Below, one piece after another: positions 35,101-44,629 of a stretch of DNA of 64,000 nucleotides. Both the position numbers and the translations under genes were made by a program. Numbering within the stretch: position 1 is the stretch's first letter; every line of letters starts with the position of its first letter. Under the pieces are notes generated by a model, which searched no databases, was not told the origin of the DNA, and was given only the letters and a program-made list of their open reading frames with translations. Source of the DNA: Candidatus Omnitrophota bacterium (lineage in GTDB: Bacteria > Omnitrophota > Gorgyraeia > 2-02-FULL-51-18). The stretch covers positions 9,511 to 73,510 of the forward strand of contig JACPWF010000006.1 of the NCBI GenBank assembly GCA_016197155.1. Reading direction: 5' to 3'.

Positions 35101-36772
35101 CGGGCTTTAAAAGATTCCCCTCCGGGCCGATCGTCGTCTCGGTGGACGTGATGATCTCCTCGCGGATGCAGTCGATCGGGGGATTGGTGACCTGCGCGAA
35201 CAGTTGTTTGAAATAATTATAAAGAAGCTGGGGCTTGTCCGACAAAACGGCCAGCGGCGTGTCCGTCCCCATCGAACCCACGGCCTCGACTCCGTCCTTC
35301 CCCATCGGCGCCATCAGGATCCGCAGATCCTCGTAGGTGTAACCGAAGGCCTGCTGGCGCACGAGCACCGCGCGATGATCCGGCTCGCGCGCGTGCGGGG
35401 CGTCGGGCAGTTTTTCAAGCGGGACCAAATTTTCATCGAGCCACTCGCGGTACGGATGCGCGCGGGCGATTTTATTTTTCAATTCCTCATCGGAAACGAT
35501 CCGGCCCTCTTCGGTGTCGATCAAAAACATCCGGCCCGGCTGGAGACGCCCCTTGCGCAGAATATTCTCCAGCGGCACGTCGAGCACACCCACCTCCGAG
35601 GCCATGATAACAAGGTCGTCTTTGGTCACATAGTAGCGCGAGGGACGCAGGCCGTTCCGGTCGAGGACCGCCCCGATTTGAACGCCGTCGGTGAACGCGA
35701 TCGACGCGGGCCCGTCCCACGGCTCCATGAGCGAGGCGTGAAATTCGTAAAAAGCCTTTTTGTCGTCCGGCATCGATTCATGATTCGCCCACGGCTCGGG
35801 GATCATCATCATCACCGCGTGCGCGAGCGATCGCCCGCCGAGCACGAGAAATTCGAGGCAGTTGTCGAACATCGCCGAGTCACTGCCGTCCTCGCAGATG
35901 ACGGGAAGGATTTTTTTTATGTCCGCGCCGAAAAGCTCCGACGCGCAGAGCGCCTCGCGCGCGTGCATCCAGTTCACATTGCCGCGAAGGGTGTTGATCT
36001 CGCCGTTGTGCGCGAGGTAGCGGTTCGGATGGGCGCGCTCCCAGCTCGGGAACGTGTTGGTGCTGAAGCGCGAATGCACGAGCGCCAAAGCGCTCTCGAC
36101 GGCCGGGTCGACCAGGTCCGGAAAAAACAGCTCGACCTGCTCGGACATGAGCATCCCTTTGTAAACGATTGTTCTGTGTGAAAGGCTTGAAATGTAAAAT
36201 GCGGGCAGGCCCGCCGTTTTCGAATAGCGGATCGCGTTTTCCGCGCGGCGCCGGATCACGTAGAGCTTGCGCTCAAACGCGAGGTCTTCTTTTATTTTCG
36301 GATTTCTTCCGATAAAAATCTGCCGCACAAAAGGCTCGGAGGCCTTCGCGGTGGGCCCGAGAGAACCGTTTCGCGTGGGAACCGTGCGCCAGCCGAGAAA
36401 GTCCTGGCCTTCTTCCCGAATGATGCCCTCAAAAATCTTTTCGCAGGCGCGGCGTTCTTTTTCATTGACTGGCAAAAACACCATGCCCACGCCGTACGCC
36501 CCCGCGGGAGGCAGGTTGATCTTGAGTCCGGAGCAGGCCTTTTTCAAAAAGGCATGCGGCACCTGCAACAAAATCCCCGCCCCGTCGCCGGTGTTGGCCT
36601 CACAACCGCAGGCGCCGCGATGGCGAAGGTTGACAAGCACCGTCATCGCCTGCTCGACGATTTGGTGGGATTTTTTGCCCTTCACATTCACGACAAACCC
36701 CACCCCGCAGGCATCTTTTTCGAATGCCGGGTCGTAAAGTCCCTGTTTGGAGGGGGCAATGGCTCTATTCAT
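32174..36772 (-). CDS. gltB: Glutamate synthase large subunit
   Basis: [27 protein letters not shown] and [15 protein letters not shown]. Confidence 0.98.
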   Translation of the reverse strand: MNRAIAPSKQGLYDPAFEKDACGVGFVVNVKGKKSHQIVEQAMTVLVNLRHRGACGCEANTGDGAGILLQVPHAFLKKACSGLKINLPPAGAYGVGMVFLPVNEKERRACEKIFEGIIREEGQDFLGWRTVPTRNGSLGPTAKASEPFVRQIFIGRNPKIKEDLAFERKLYVIRRRAENAIRYSKTAGLPAFYISSLSHRTIVYKGMLMSEQVELFFPDLVDPAVESALALVHSRFSTNTFPSWERAHPNRYLAHNGEINTLRGNVNWMHAREALCASELFGADIKKILPVICEDGSDSAMFDNCLEFLVLGGRSLAHAVMMMIPEPWANHESMPDDKKAFYEFHASLMEPWDGPASIAFTDGVQIGAVLDRNGLRPSRYYVTKDDLVIMASEVGVLDVPLENILRKGRLQPGRMFLIDTEEGRIVSDEELKNKIARAHPYREWLDENLVPLEKLPDAPHAREPDHRAVLVRQQAFGYTYEDLRILMAPMGKDGVEAVGSMGTDTPLAVLSDKPQLLYNYFKQLFAQVTNPPIDCIREEIITSTETTIGPEGNLLKPEPESCRQIRLKSPVLTNEEFEKLRHLRHPDFKSVSLPILYKVSGGGKSLEASLAELYKKASGAIKEGVNILILSDRGVGPDHAAIPALLAVSGLHHHLIREGTRTKVGLVLESGEPREVHHFALLVGYGAGAVNPYLAFETLDDMIRQGILKNIDHKTAVKNYAKAVAKGVVKTMSKMGISTIQSYRGAQIFEAIGLNQNVVDQYFTWTASRVEGVGIDTLAEEVKRRHHHAFAPRSTDGLALDPGGQYQWRKDGEVHLFNPETIHKLQLSTRTKNYKVFKEYSEAVNNQSKHHCTLRGLLDFKSDLKPVPIAEVEPVEMIVKRFKTGAMSYGSISKEAHESLAIAMNRLGGKSNTGEGGEDPARYTPDPNGDSRNSAIKQVASGRFGVTSLYLVKARELQIKMAQGAKPGEGGQLPGAKVYPWIAKVRFSTPGVGLISPPPHHDIYSIEDLAELIHDLKNSNRNARISVKLVAEVGVGTIAAGVAKAHADVVLISGHDGGTGASPLSSIKHAGIPWELGLAETHQTLVLNNLRSRIAVETDGQLKTGRDVAIAALLGAEEFGFSTSPLVALGCIMMRVCHLNTCPVGVATQDPELRKKFSGDPQHVVHFMTFIAEEVREIMARLGFRTMNEMIGRVDRLDVKKAVDHWKAKGLDFSKILYQPKVPAEVGRYCQIPQDHGLEKALDHTTLLKLCEPALEDKKPVKASLAIKNTNRVVGTILGSELTRRHGADGLPDDTIHLQFTGSAGQSFGAFVPRGITLELEGDANDYVGKGLSGGKIIVYPPKKSTFKPEENTLIGNVAFYGATSGEAYIHGMAGERFCVRNSGVSAVVEAVGDHGCEYMTGGRVVVLGGTGRNFAAGMSGGIAYVLDAAGDFAGRCNRQMVELEKLTGPAEIAEVRGLIERYLRHTQSRRARHILDLWEEMVPRFVRVIPKDYKRVLQALDRVKSSGLSGEEAIMAAFEENVRDLSRVGGN

Positions 36773-36837
36773 GGCTAACTTTTTAGTATATCAATAAGTC
36801 AGAGGGGATTTCAAAGGAAAAAGCGGGAAAAAGGGTG

Positions 36838-37866
36838 CTAAACTTTGAGAACGACCTTGCCGAAATTCTGCCGGGCCTCCAGGTGGGCCTGCGCCCGGGC
36901 GGCTTCTTTGAGGGGAAAAACCTGATCGAGTGTCGGAACCAAACGCCCCTGCTCAACCAGATCCAAAACCTTGTGGAGTTCTGCGAGACTGCCCATGTAG
37001 GCGCCAAGCACGCTGATTTGTTTTGAATAGAAATAACGGATATCCACTTCCACCTTGGGACCCGAGGTCGCCCCGCAGGTCACCAGGCGCCCGCCCCGTT
37101 TTAAAACCGTGAAATTTTTGGGCCAGGTCTCAGGGCCAATGTGGTCCAAAACAACATCCACGCCGGCGCCGTTGGTCAGTTTTTTTATTTTTTCCGCGAA
37201 GTCTTCGGTTTTGTAAAGAATGACTTCCTCCGCGCCCAATTTTTTCGCCCGGGAAACTTTTTTGAAATCGCCGACGGTCGTGTAAACCGTGGCGCCGAGG
37301 AATTTCGCGATCTGGATGGCCGCGGCGCTCACTCCCGACCCGGCCGCATGGATGAGCACGGTCTCCCCGGCCCTCAGATTCGCGCGCGTGACGAGCATGT
37401 GGTAAGCCGTGAGAGAGGCCAGCGGAATAGAGGCCCATTCTTCAAAAGAGTAACGCCCGGAAACGGGAACGACAAACCGCTCGTGAACGGCCACGCGCTC
37501 GGCGTAACCGCCCTGGGTTTGGAGGCCCAAAATTTGAAATTCGGGGGAATAACTGTCGCGCGCGGAGAGCGCTTCGGGCAAATGGCCCGGCACCTGCCCC
37601 GGGGAAACGACGACGCGGTCGCCTTTTTTAAAACGCTTCGCGCCCTTTCCGCATTCGAGAACCGTCCCCGCGACATCGGAACCGGGGATGTGCGGCATGG
37701 GGATGGAAACCCCCGGCAGGCCCTGCCTCACCCAGATGTCGAGATGATTGAGGGCGCAGGCCTTGACCTCGATCAAAACGTCGCCGGGCCCGGCGGGAGG
37801 CTCTTTAAATTCGCCGAATTTTAAAACTTCGGGGCCGCCGTGTTTTTCAAAAAATACCGCTTGCAT
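36838..37866 (-). CDS. MDR-family (zinc-binding/quinone) oxidoreductase
   Basis: GGPEVL, NHLDIW, PHIPGSD, AAGSGVS and FGKVVL. Confidence 0.9.
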   Translation of the reverse strand: MQAVFFEKHGGPEVLKFGEFKEPPAGPGDVLIEVKACALNHLDIWVRQGLPGVSIPMPHIPGSDVAGTVLECGKGAKRFKKGDRVVVSPGQVPGHLPEALSARDSYSPEFQILGLQTQGGYAERVAVHERFVVPVSGRYSFEEWASIPLASLTAYHMLVTRANLRAGETVLIHAAGSGVSAAAIQIAKFLGATVYTTVGDFKKVSRAKKLGAEEVILYKTEDFAEKIKKLTNGAGVDVVLDHIGPETWPKNFTVLKRGGRLVTCGATSGPKVEVDIRYFYSKQISVLGAYMGSLAELHKVLDLVEQGRLVPTLDQVFPLKEAARAQAHLEARQNFGKVVLKV

Positions 37867-39290
37867 CAGCTATAACTTTTAACCAATTTCACAAACAGCC
37901 GCACCCCCACGCCCGTGGCGCCGATCGGCGAAAGGGGCTTCGGGTGCGATTCATTCCACGCGGTCCCGGCGATGTCCAGGTGCGCCCACGAGGCCGTGTG
38001 ATCGGCGAATTCTTTCAAAAACATCGCGGCTGTGATCGTGCCGGCGTATTTTTTGCTGATATTTTGAATGTCCGCGTACGTCGCGCGAATCAAATCAAAA
38101 TATTCTTCCCACATCGGAAGTTCCCACACGCGCTCGCCCGTTTCCTCGCCCGCCTCCTTGATGCGGTTCACGAGGTCGCGGTCCGTTCCCATGACGCCAC
38201 TGCACAGATCCGCGAAGGTCGCCGCGCACGCGCCCGTGAGCGTGGCGATGTCCACGAGCGCTTTGGGTTTGTAGCGCGCCGCGTACGCGAGGGCGTCCGC
38301 CAAGATGAGCCGGCCCTCGGCGTCGGTGTTGAGCACTTCAATGGTCTTGCCGTTCATCGCGCGGACAATGTCGCCCGGCCTCTGTGCGCGGCCGCCCGGC
38401 ATGTTTTCGCAAACAGGCGCGATCCCCACGACCCTGACCGGCAATTTCAAATTCGCGATCACCTTCATGGCGCCGATCACGGCGGCGGCGCCGCACATGT
38501 CGAATTTCATTTTGTCCATGTCGTTCGAAGGCTTGATCGAAATGCCGCCCGTGTCAAACGTGATCCCTTTTCCGACAAGCACGAGGGGGCGCGCGCCCTT
38601 CACTTTATTTTCCAAGATAATGAACTGCGGCGGGTGGACACTGCCTTGGGAAACGCCGATGACGCCGCCCATTTTCAATTTTTTAATTTCGTTCAAACCC
38701 AGCACCTTGCAGGTCAGATTATTTTTCCGCGCCATCTCGCGCGCGGCCTGGGCCAGGCGTTCGGGCGTCATGACATTCGGAGGCTCATTGGCAAGGTCCC
38801 GCGTGAAAAAAACGCCCTGGGTGATCGTCTCGGCTTCGGCCGCCGCGCGGCGGAGGGCGCGCGCCTGGTCCGCGTGTTTTGAGACGAGCTCAAACGACCC
38901 GATCTCGTGCACGGGTTTGGGCTTGGACTTGTAGCGCGCGAAGCGGTAGTCCGCCAGGCGCGCGCCCTCCGCGGCCGCCCCGGCGATCTCGGCGAGCGAA
39001 AACTTCTCCCAAAAACTGTCAAGGTCCAGGCGGACGCCCCTCGCTCTCGACGCCCTCCCCTGGGCGAGGAGCCGCGCGGCGGCCACCCGCACTTTTTCGA
39101 GCGTGAATTTTTCTTTTTTGCCGAGGCCGATAAAAAGCGTGTCCCCCGCCAGAAACGTCTCCCCGGCCTTTAGGGAGACTTTTTTATCCGATAAAATTTT
39201 TGGGGGTTTGCCGTTTTCAAAAACGCCGATGGCCGAAACATCCGCGGCCTTGGAAGAGGAAGCTTTCGAGACGTTCGCCATGATTTTCAT
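37866..39290 (-). CDS. pepA: Leucyl aminopeptidase (M17)
   Basis: VGKGITFDTGG, MKFDMCG and NTDAEGRL. Confidence 0.95.
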   Translation of the reverse strand: MKIMANVSKASSSKAADVSAIGVFENGKPPKILSDKKVSLKAGETFLAGDTLFIGLGKKEKFTLEKVRVAAARLLAQGRASRARGVRLDLDSFWEKFSLAEIAGAAAEGARLADYRFARYKSKPKPVHEIGSFELVSKHADQARALRRAAAEAETITQGVFFTRDLANEPPNVMTPERLAQAAREMARKNNLTCKVLGLNEIKKLKMGGVIGVSQGSVHPPQFIILENKVKGARPLVLVGKGITFDTGGISIKPSNDMDKMKFDMCGAAAVIGAMKVIANLKLPVRVVGIAPVCENMPGGRAQRPGDIVRAMNGKTIEVLNTDAEGRLILADALAYAARYKPKALVDIATLTGACAATFADLCSGVMGTDRDLVNRIKEAGEETGERVWELPMWEEYFDLIRATYADIQNISKKYAGTITAAMFLKEFADHTASWAHLDIAGTAWNESHPKPLSPIGATGVGVRLFVKLVKSYS

Positions 39291-39613
39291 TCCGGTGATT
39301 GCTCCTTCATGTGGACTCGGACGCGCAGGGACCCGTTCCGCGGCCTCGGCAGTCCTCCGACGATCGCGAGGGTCTTTTCGCGCGTGATGGTGTTCGGAAA
39401 ATCCAGTTTGATCAAAACCTCATGCGAAATTTTCACGCCGCGTTTTTTTAAACCCAACAGCATCGCGCCGAATTCCTTCGCCCCTTCGAGCGCGTCGCCG
39501 GTCACCTGAAACTCCAGGCTCCGGATCGGGCGGGAATCTTTGAGACGGCCCGCCACGTCGTTCTTCACCTGCGAAGGCAGGAGAAAACTTTCGCTTTCAA
39601 ACAGATCGGTCAT
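39287..39613 (-). CDS. Hypothetical protein
   Basis: 108 aa with a GAGGAG RBS; stop overlaps the pepA start. Confidence 0.7.
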   Translation of the reverse strand: MTDLFESESFLLPSQVKNDVAGRLKDSRPIRSLEFQVTGDALEGAKEFGAMLLGLKKRGVKISHEVLIKLDFPNTITREKTLAIVGGLPRPRNGSLRVRVHMKEQSPE

Positions 39614-39715
39614 CGGGCTCCTCGCTTGGGTGAAGACGGGTTTAAATCACAGCTTTTGGACAACGGCTGTGATTATAATATAAATCCGCGCAAAAAGGAA
39701 AACGGAAACGTCGAT

Positions 39716-40063
39716 TCATGCCATTTGAAGCGGCGCCCTTTTTGAGTGGATAACCTTCCGTATCCGATTGGCGACCACGGGTTTGAGTTGGATGACCTTC
39801 ATCCGAACCGTGAAGCCGATCGCCAACAACACTTTTTCGAGCGTCATCACGTTCGCAAAATCTCCGCTTTCAATTTTGGAGATATGCTGTTGGGTAACGC
39901 CCACTTTTTCAGCCAACCGCCTTTGGTTCAGATCGTGTTTTATGCGGTACTCAATGATCCGTTTTACAATTTCCAGCTTCTGCTCTTCAAGCTCGTAAAG
40001 TTCTTTGAAATAGGGATCTTTTAATTTTTCTTTGAGATGCTTATCCACGCTTTCGATTCTCAT
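39716..40063 (-). CDS. XRE/HigA-type HTH antitoxin
   Basis: LNQRRLAEKVGVTQQHISKIESG; GAGGAG RBS. Confidence 0.88.
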   Translation of the reverse strand: MRIESVDKHLKEKLKDPYFKELYELEEQKLEIVKRIIEYRIKHDLNQRRLAEKVGVTQQHISKIESGDFANVMTLEKVLLAIGFTVRMKVIQLKPVVANRIRKVIHSKRAPLQMA

Positions 40064-40074
40064 GCCGGCTCCTC

Positions 40075-40422
40075 CTACTGTCTTCTTATAAAGTCCGACC
40101 GCCTTTGAACGGCAAGCTCCCTCTCGTTTTTTGGGGCCTTGCCCGTTTTCTTCACGAACCCATTCGTAAGAATCGCTTTATCCTCATGAAAGAAAAAGTA
40201 TAAAATGCGGACGGCTCCTTCCTGCGTTTTGAATCTCAATTCGAAAATGGCCTCCCCAAGGTACTTCGCGTGGGGCTCGGGCAATTTGTGCCCGAATTTC
40301 TCAAGGAGCGACTTCACAAAGAAAAACTTCCTCTGGGTTTTGCGATCCAGCGAGTCCACAAACTCCCGGACGGGCGACCGGCCCGATTCAGTCAGGTAGT
40401 AGTAAGCGCTTATCCCTGCCAA
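40075..40422 (-). CDS. RelE/HigB (Gp49-like) toxin
   Basis: GRSPVREF, LPEPHAKYL...IFELR, RILYFF and LTNGFVKKT; toxin-first order. Confidence 0.85.
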   Translation of the reverse strand: MAGISAYYYLTESGRSPVREFVDSLDRKTQRKFFFVKSLLEKFGHKLPEPHAKYLGEAIFELRFKTQEGAVRILYFFFHEDKAILTNGFVKKTGKAPKNERELAVQRRSDFIRRQ

Positions 40423-40448
40423 GAGAAATCTCTTCGGTGGATGGTTAA

Positions 40449-40477
40449 AGTATACAACTAAATGGTTGTTACGTCAA
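40449..40477 (-). promoter_or_regulatory. Promoter with an operator-like inverted repeat for the higBA-like pair
   Basis: TTGACG-17 nt-TATACT; the spacer contains ACAAC-N6-GTTGT. Confidence 0.7.
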
Positions 40478-40492
40478 GACAGGCCCACGGCG

Positions 40493-41542
40493 TCACGCGC
40501 GAATGGGTTCGGGCACCAGGAGAGGCGTCATCTCCGTCACGTCCCCGTAGCCGAGTTTTTTTAGGAAACCCTGGATAATTTCTTCCTCGAGGCGGGTGCA
40601 TTCCTCGTGCTCGAGTTTCGGGCAGGGGATCTGGCCGCCCGCGATCATGCCGTGCCCGCCGGCGGTGCCTTTTTTTCCGATGAGCCGCCGCAGAAAATTT
40701 CCGGCGTCGCCTTTTGAATTCGTCGTGCGGATCGAAACGACGAGCCGGTCCTTGTAGCGGCCGAGGCAGATCGCCCAGCTCGCGCGCTCACAGCGCAGGA
40801 TAAAATCCGCGATGAACGGCACGAAATCGGGATTGTTCACCTCGCCGAGTGTCGCCGCGACCGCGTTTTTGTAGAGGCGCGTGTGGTGCAGGGCGCGGTT
40901 CAGGGTGATGAAATAATCGCGCGGCAGTCGCGGGTGAACGATGTTCGCCAAAAGTTTTTTCTGGCTTTTCGGAAAAAGCGCCAGATACGCCTGGATGTCG
41001 GTCTCGCGCGCCTCGCGCCCCAGGTCCTGCGTCTCCGAACTGATGCCGTAGGAAAGGGCCGTCGCCAGTTGGGACGGAATTTCCAGCCCGCTTTCCAAAA
41101 GATACTCGGTCAGGATCGTCGCCGTCGCGCCGTACTCGGTCCGGATGTCGATAAAATCCGCGCGCGTGGTCCGCCGTGCCGGATGATGGTCGATGACGAT
41201 GACGGGTCTCCGGTTTTTGGGAAAGGAGCTGTTGCCCGTGCGCGGCTGCATGTCCACCATCGCGAAATCGACGCCGGGCCTGAAATCCGCCTCCTGAAGC
41301 GGCGAGATCCGAAGGCGCAGAAGCCGGATCATCGCGCGGTTCTCCGCGCGGCCCACGATGCCGCCGTATTTGACCACCGCCGGGACCTTGAATTTATGTT
41401 TCACAATGTAGGCCAGCGTCACGGCGCTCGAGACCGAGTCGGGGTCCGGATTGTCATGGGTGAGCACGACCAGGCGCTTGGTGTCGCGGAGCGCGGCCTC
41501 GATCCTTAAAAAACTTTCCTGAATTTCTTCGGGTGTGGGCAT
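40493..41542 (-). CDS. DHH-family phosphoesterase
   Basis: THDNPDPD, IDHH and AGGH. Confidence 0.9.
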   Translation of the reverse strand: MPTPEEIQESFLRIEAALRDTKRLVVLTHDNPDPDSVSSAVTLAYIVKHKFKVPAVVKYGGIVGRAENRAMIRLLRLRISPLQEADFRPGVDFAMVDMQPRTGNSSFPKNRRPVIVIDHHPARRTTRADFIDIRTEYGATATILTEYLLESGLEIPSQLATALSYGISSETQDLGREARETDIQAYLALFPKSQKKLLANIVHPRLPRDYFITLNRALHHTRLYKNAVAATLGEVNNPDFVPFIADFILRCERASWAICLGRYKDRLVVSIRTTNSKGDAGNFLRRLIGKKGTAGGHGMIAGGQIPCPKLEHEECTRLEEEIIQGFLKKLGYGDVTEMTPLLVPEPIRA

Positions 41543-41556
41543 TTTGGAAAAAAACG

Positions 41557-42729
41557 TCAGTACCGCGGGCAGTTCGGATCCACGGCTTCGGACCAGGCGT
41601 CGATGCCGCCGGCCAGGTTCTTCACTTTTTTGAATCCGATTTTTTGCAAAAGCTCGACGGCCTTGGCGCTACGCCCGCCGAAATGGCAGTGCACGACGAT
41701 CTCGTCGGCGCTGTCGAGCTCGCTCACCTTTTCGGGCAGGGTCCCCAGCGGAATAAGTTTGGAGCCGGGGATGCGGTTGATCTGGTATTCGCTCGGCTCG
41801 CGCACGTCGACCAAAACAAATTTATCCTTCCGATCGATCTTCGCTTTCAATTCCTCCGCCGAAATTTCCGGCACGCCGGCGCCGCCCGTTTTTCCCGCCC
41901 CGGGCGCGGGCGATGGGTTTTCCTCCCCGCGGCCGATGCCGCAAAACGCGTCGTAATCGATGAGTTCCTTGATCGAGGGGTGATCGCCGCAGACCGGGCA
42001 TTTGGGATTGCGGCGGAATTTCACCTCGCGAAAATTCATCTTGAGCGCGTCGTAGAGCATGAGGCGGCCGATGAGCGGCTCGCCTTTCCGCAAAAGAAGC
42101 TTCACCACCTCCGTCCCCTGGATCACGCCGATTACTCCCGGCAAAATTCCGAGCACCCCGCCCTCGGCACAGCTCGGGACCATGCCCGGCGGCGGCGGCT
42201 CGGCGAAAAGACAGCGGTAGCAGGGGCCTTTGCCCGGATAAAAAACCGTGGCCTGGCCGTCGAAACGGAAAATGCTCCCGTACACGAACGGTTTTTTTGA
42301 GAACACGCAGGCGTCGTTCACCAGATACCGCGTCTGAAAATTGTCCGTGCCGTCGAGAATGATGTCGAAGTCGCGGATCACCCGCATCACGTTGTCTTTC
42401 GAGAGGCGCTCGTTGTGGACGACGACCTTCACGTTCGGATTGATCTGGGCCAGGCGCTCTTTGGCGGACTCGACCTTGGGTTTTCCGACGCTTCCGGTGG
42501 AGTGGATGATCTGGCGCTGTAAATTGGAGAAGTCGACGACGTCGAAATCAATGAGGCCAAGCGTCCCCACACCGGCGGCCGCCAGATACAGCGCGGCCGG
42601 CGAGCCGAGGCCTCCCGTGCCGATCAAAAGGACACGGCCGGCCTTAAGGCGTTCCTGGCCCTCCACCCCCACCTCGGGCATGATGAGGTGCCGGCTGTAC
42701 CTTAAAATTTCATCCTGCGTCAGCGCCAT
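41557..42729 (-). CDS. moeB: MoeB/MoeZ adenylyltransferase with C-terminal rhodanese
   Basis: RYSRHL, GTGGLG, SNLQRQ, CYRC, CPVC and DVREP...CHFGGRS. Confidence 0.92.
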   Translation of the reverse strand: MALTQDEILRYSRHLIMPEVGVEGQERLKAGRVLLIGTGGLGSPAALYLAAAGVGTLGLIDFDVVDFSNLQRQIIHSTGSVGKPKVESAKERLAQINPNVKVVVHNERLSKDNVMRVIRDFDIILDGTDNFQTRYLVNDACVFSKKPFVYGSIFRFDGQATVFYPGKGPCYRCLFAEPPPPGMVPSCAEGGVLGILPGVIGVIQGTEVVKLLLRKGEPLIGRLMLYDALKMNFREVKFRRNPKCPVCGDHPSIKELIDYDAFCGIGRGEENPSPAPGAGKTGGAGVPEISAEELKAKIDRKDKFVLVDVREPSEYQINRIPGSKLIPLGTLPEKVSELDSADEIVVHCHFGGRSAKAVELLQKIGFKKVKNLAGGIDAWSEAVDPNCPRY

Positions 42730-43852
42730 TCTTCCTTCTCCTCAAAACTTTTATTATATCACGAAGAACGGCGTCCACTTCTTTTTCGGTATTGAACCGC
42801 CCCAGACCAAACCGGACAGCCGATCGCCTCAAATTTTCGCTCACGCCGAGCGCTTTTAAGACGTACGAAGGCTCCGGGCTCGTGGAAAGACAGGCCGAAC
42901 CGGACGACAGCGCCACGTTTTTTAGGCGCTTCAAAAGTTCCCCCGATTCCACGCCGGGAAAACTGACATTCAGGTTATTCGGCAAGCGATGTTTGAGACT
43001 GCCATTGACATTCATTCCCGGAATTTTCAAAAGCCCGACGAGAAGCCGGTTTCTCAATTTCAAAAGCCGCGCGGATTCTTTTTTCATCCGGCCGCGGCAA
43101 ATCTCGCAGGCCTTCCCAAAACCCACGATGCCGGGGACATTGAGCGTGCCCGACCGCATCCCGCCCTCATGCCCGCCGCCGTCGATTTGGGGCGCGAGAA
43201 GGGTCCCCCGCCGCGCATAAAGCGCCCCCACGCCCTTGGGCCCGTAAATTTTGTGCGCGGTCATCGACAAAAGGTCGAGGTTCATTTTTCTCACGTCGAT
43301 CGGCACTTTGCCCAGGGCCTGCGCCGCATCCGAATGGAATAAAATCCCTTTCTCCCGCGCGATTCTTCCAATCTCGGCGATGGGCTGGAGGACGCCGATT
43401 TCGTTGTGGGCGAAGAGAATGGAAATAAGAATCGTCCGCGGCGTGATCGCGCGCTTCAGTTCCTCCACGTCCACGAGGCCGTCTTTTTGAACGGGCAAAT
43501 GAGTGACCTCGAAACCGCTCAGGGCCAGGCGCTTGAAGGGGTCCAAAACGGATTTGTGTTCGGTGGAGAGGGTGAGGAGGTGATTTTTCCCATCGGGCGC
43601 CGCTCCGGCGGCGCCCTTTAGCGCGAGATTATTGGATTCCGTGGCGCCGCTTGTGAAAATGATCTCGGAGGGTTCGGCATTGATGAGACGCGCGATTTGC
43701 GCTCTGGCTCTTTGGACGGCCTCGTGAGCTTCTTTGCCGTAACGGTGATTGAGGCTCGCGGCATTGCCGAATTTTTCGGAAAAAAAAGGAACCATCGCGC
43801 GAACCACGCGCGGATCAACAGGCGTGGTCGCATGATGGTCCATGTAAATCAT
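42710..43852 (-). CDS. iscS: Group I cysteine desulfurase
   Basis: IYMDHHATTP, FTSGATESNN, AHKIYGPKG and SSGSAC. Confidence 0.88.
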   Translation of the reverse strand: MIYMDHHATTPVDPRVVRAMVPFFSEKFGNAASLNHRYGKEAHEAVQRARAQIARLINAEPSEIIFTSGATESNNLALKGAAGAAPDGKNHLLTLSTEHKSVLDPFKRLALSGFEVTHLPVQKDGLVDVEELKRAITPRTILISILFAHNEIGVLQPIAEIGRIAREKGILFHSDAAQALGKVPIDVRKMNLDLLSMTAHKIYGPKGVGALYARRGTLLAPQIDGGGHEGGMRSGTLNVPGIVGFGKACEICRGRMKKESARLLKLRNRLLVGLLKIPGMNVNGSLKHRLPNNLNVSFPGVESGELLKRLKNVALSSGSACLSTSPEPSYVLKALGVSENLRRSAVRFGLGRFNTEKEVDAVLRDIIKVLRRRKNGADAG

Positions 43853-43870
43853 AAGGCGCTTATCTTAAAA

Positions 43871-44566
43871 TTATTCCCAAACCTCTGTCTCAGAAACCAC
43901 GTTCCCGTCTTTGTCGTACTGACGGACGATCTTTTTCTTGGGCTGGCTCGTGGACGCGTTCTGGGGCGCGGCCTGCTGGTAATAAACCGGCTGAGGCTGT
44001 GGCCGCGGCTGAGGGCTCGACGTGAGCGAATCCAAAAGCGCACTGCCGATCACGTTCGTTCCCGCGCCGATCAGAGCGCCTTTGCCGGCCTTTCCGCCCG
44101 AGGCCCCCGAGGCGATGGCGCCCGTGCCGGCGCCCAAAAGGGCATTTTTTAGAATTTTATTGTTGGGATTTTCCTGTTGGGGATACTGCTGAACGTACAC
44201 CGGCGCCTGTTCGACCGGTTGATAAGTGGTTTGCGTTTGAACCGGATAGGCCTGCGCGGGAGCCGCCTGGACATACTGGACCGGCTGTTGTTGCTGTTGA
44301 GGAGCCGGTGAACCGCTCAGGCTGTCCAATAAAGCGCTCCCAATCACGTTCGTCCCCGCTCCGATCAAAGCCCCTTTGCCGGCCTTTCCGCCGGAAGCGC
44401 TTGAGGCAATAGCCCCCGTCCCCGCTCCCAAAAGCGCGTTTTTCAAAACCTTTTTATTGGGATCTTCCTGTCCGGAATAATCCTGCCCGGCGGCCTTTGA
44501 AACCGTTCCTGAAAAAATAACGAGTGACGCCACACTGACCACCAAAAAACCCTTTAACGCTCTCAT
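43871..44566 (-). CDS. Exported protein with two tandem glycine-zipper-like repeats and Gln/Pro linkers
   Basis: Signal peptide; KNALLGAGTGAIAS.ASGGKAGKGALIGAGTNVIGSALLDSL occurs twice; AAGGAG RBS. Confidence 0.8.
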   Translation of the reverse strand: MRALKGFLVVSVASLVIFSGTVSKAAGQDYSGQEDPNKKVLKNALLGAGTGAIASSASGGKAGKGALIGAGTNVIGSALLDSLSGSPAPQQQQQPVQYVQAAPAQAYPVQTQTTYQPVEQAPVYVQQYPQQENPNNKILKNALLGAGTGAIASGASGGKAGKGALIGAGTNVIGSALLDSLTSSPQPRPQPQPVYYQQAAPQNASTSQPKKKIVRQYDKDGNVVSETEVWE

Positions 44567-44629
44567 CTTGGTCTCCTTATTCAGTCCTCTTAAATCATTT
44601 TTACCATGACACCATCAAGTATAACACAC

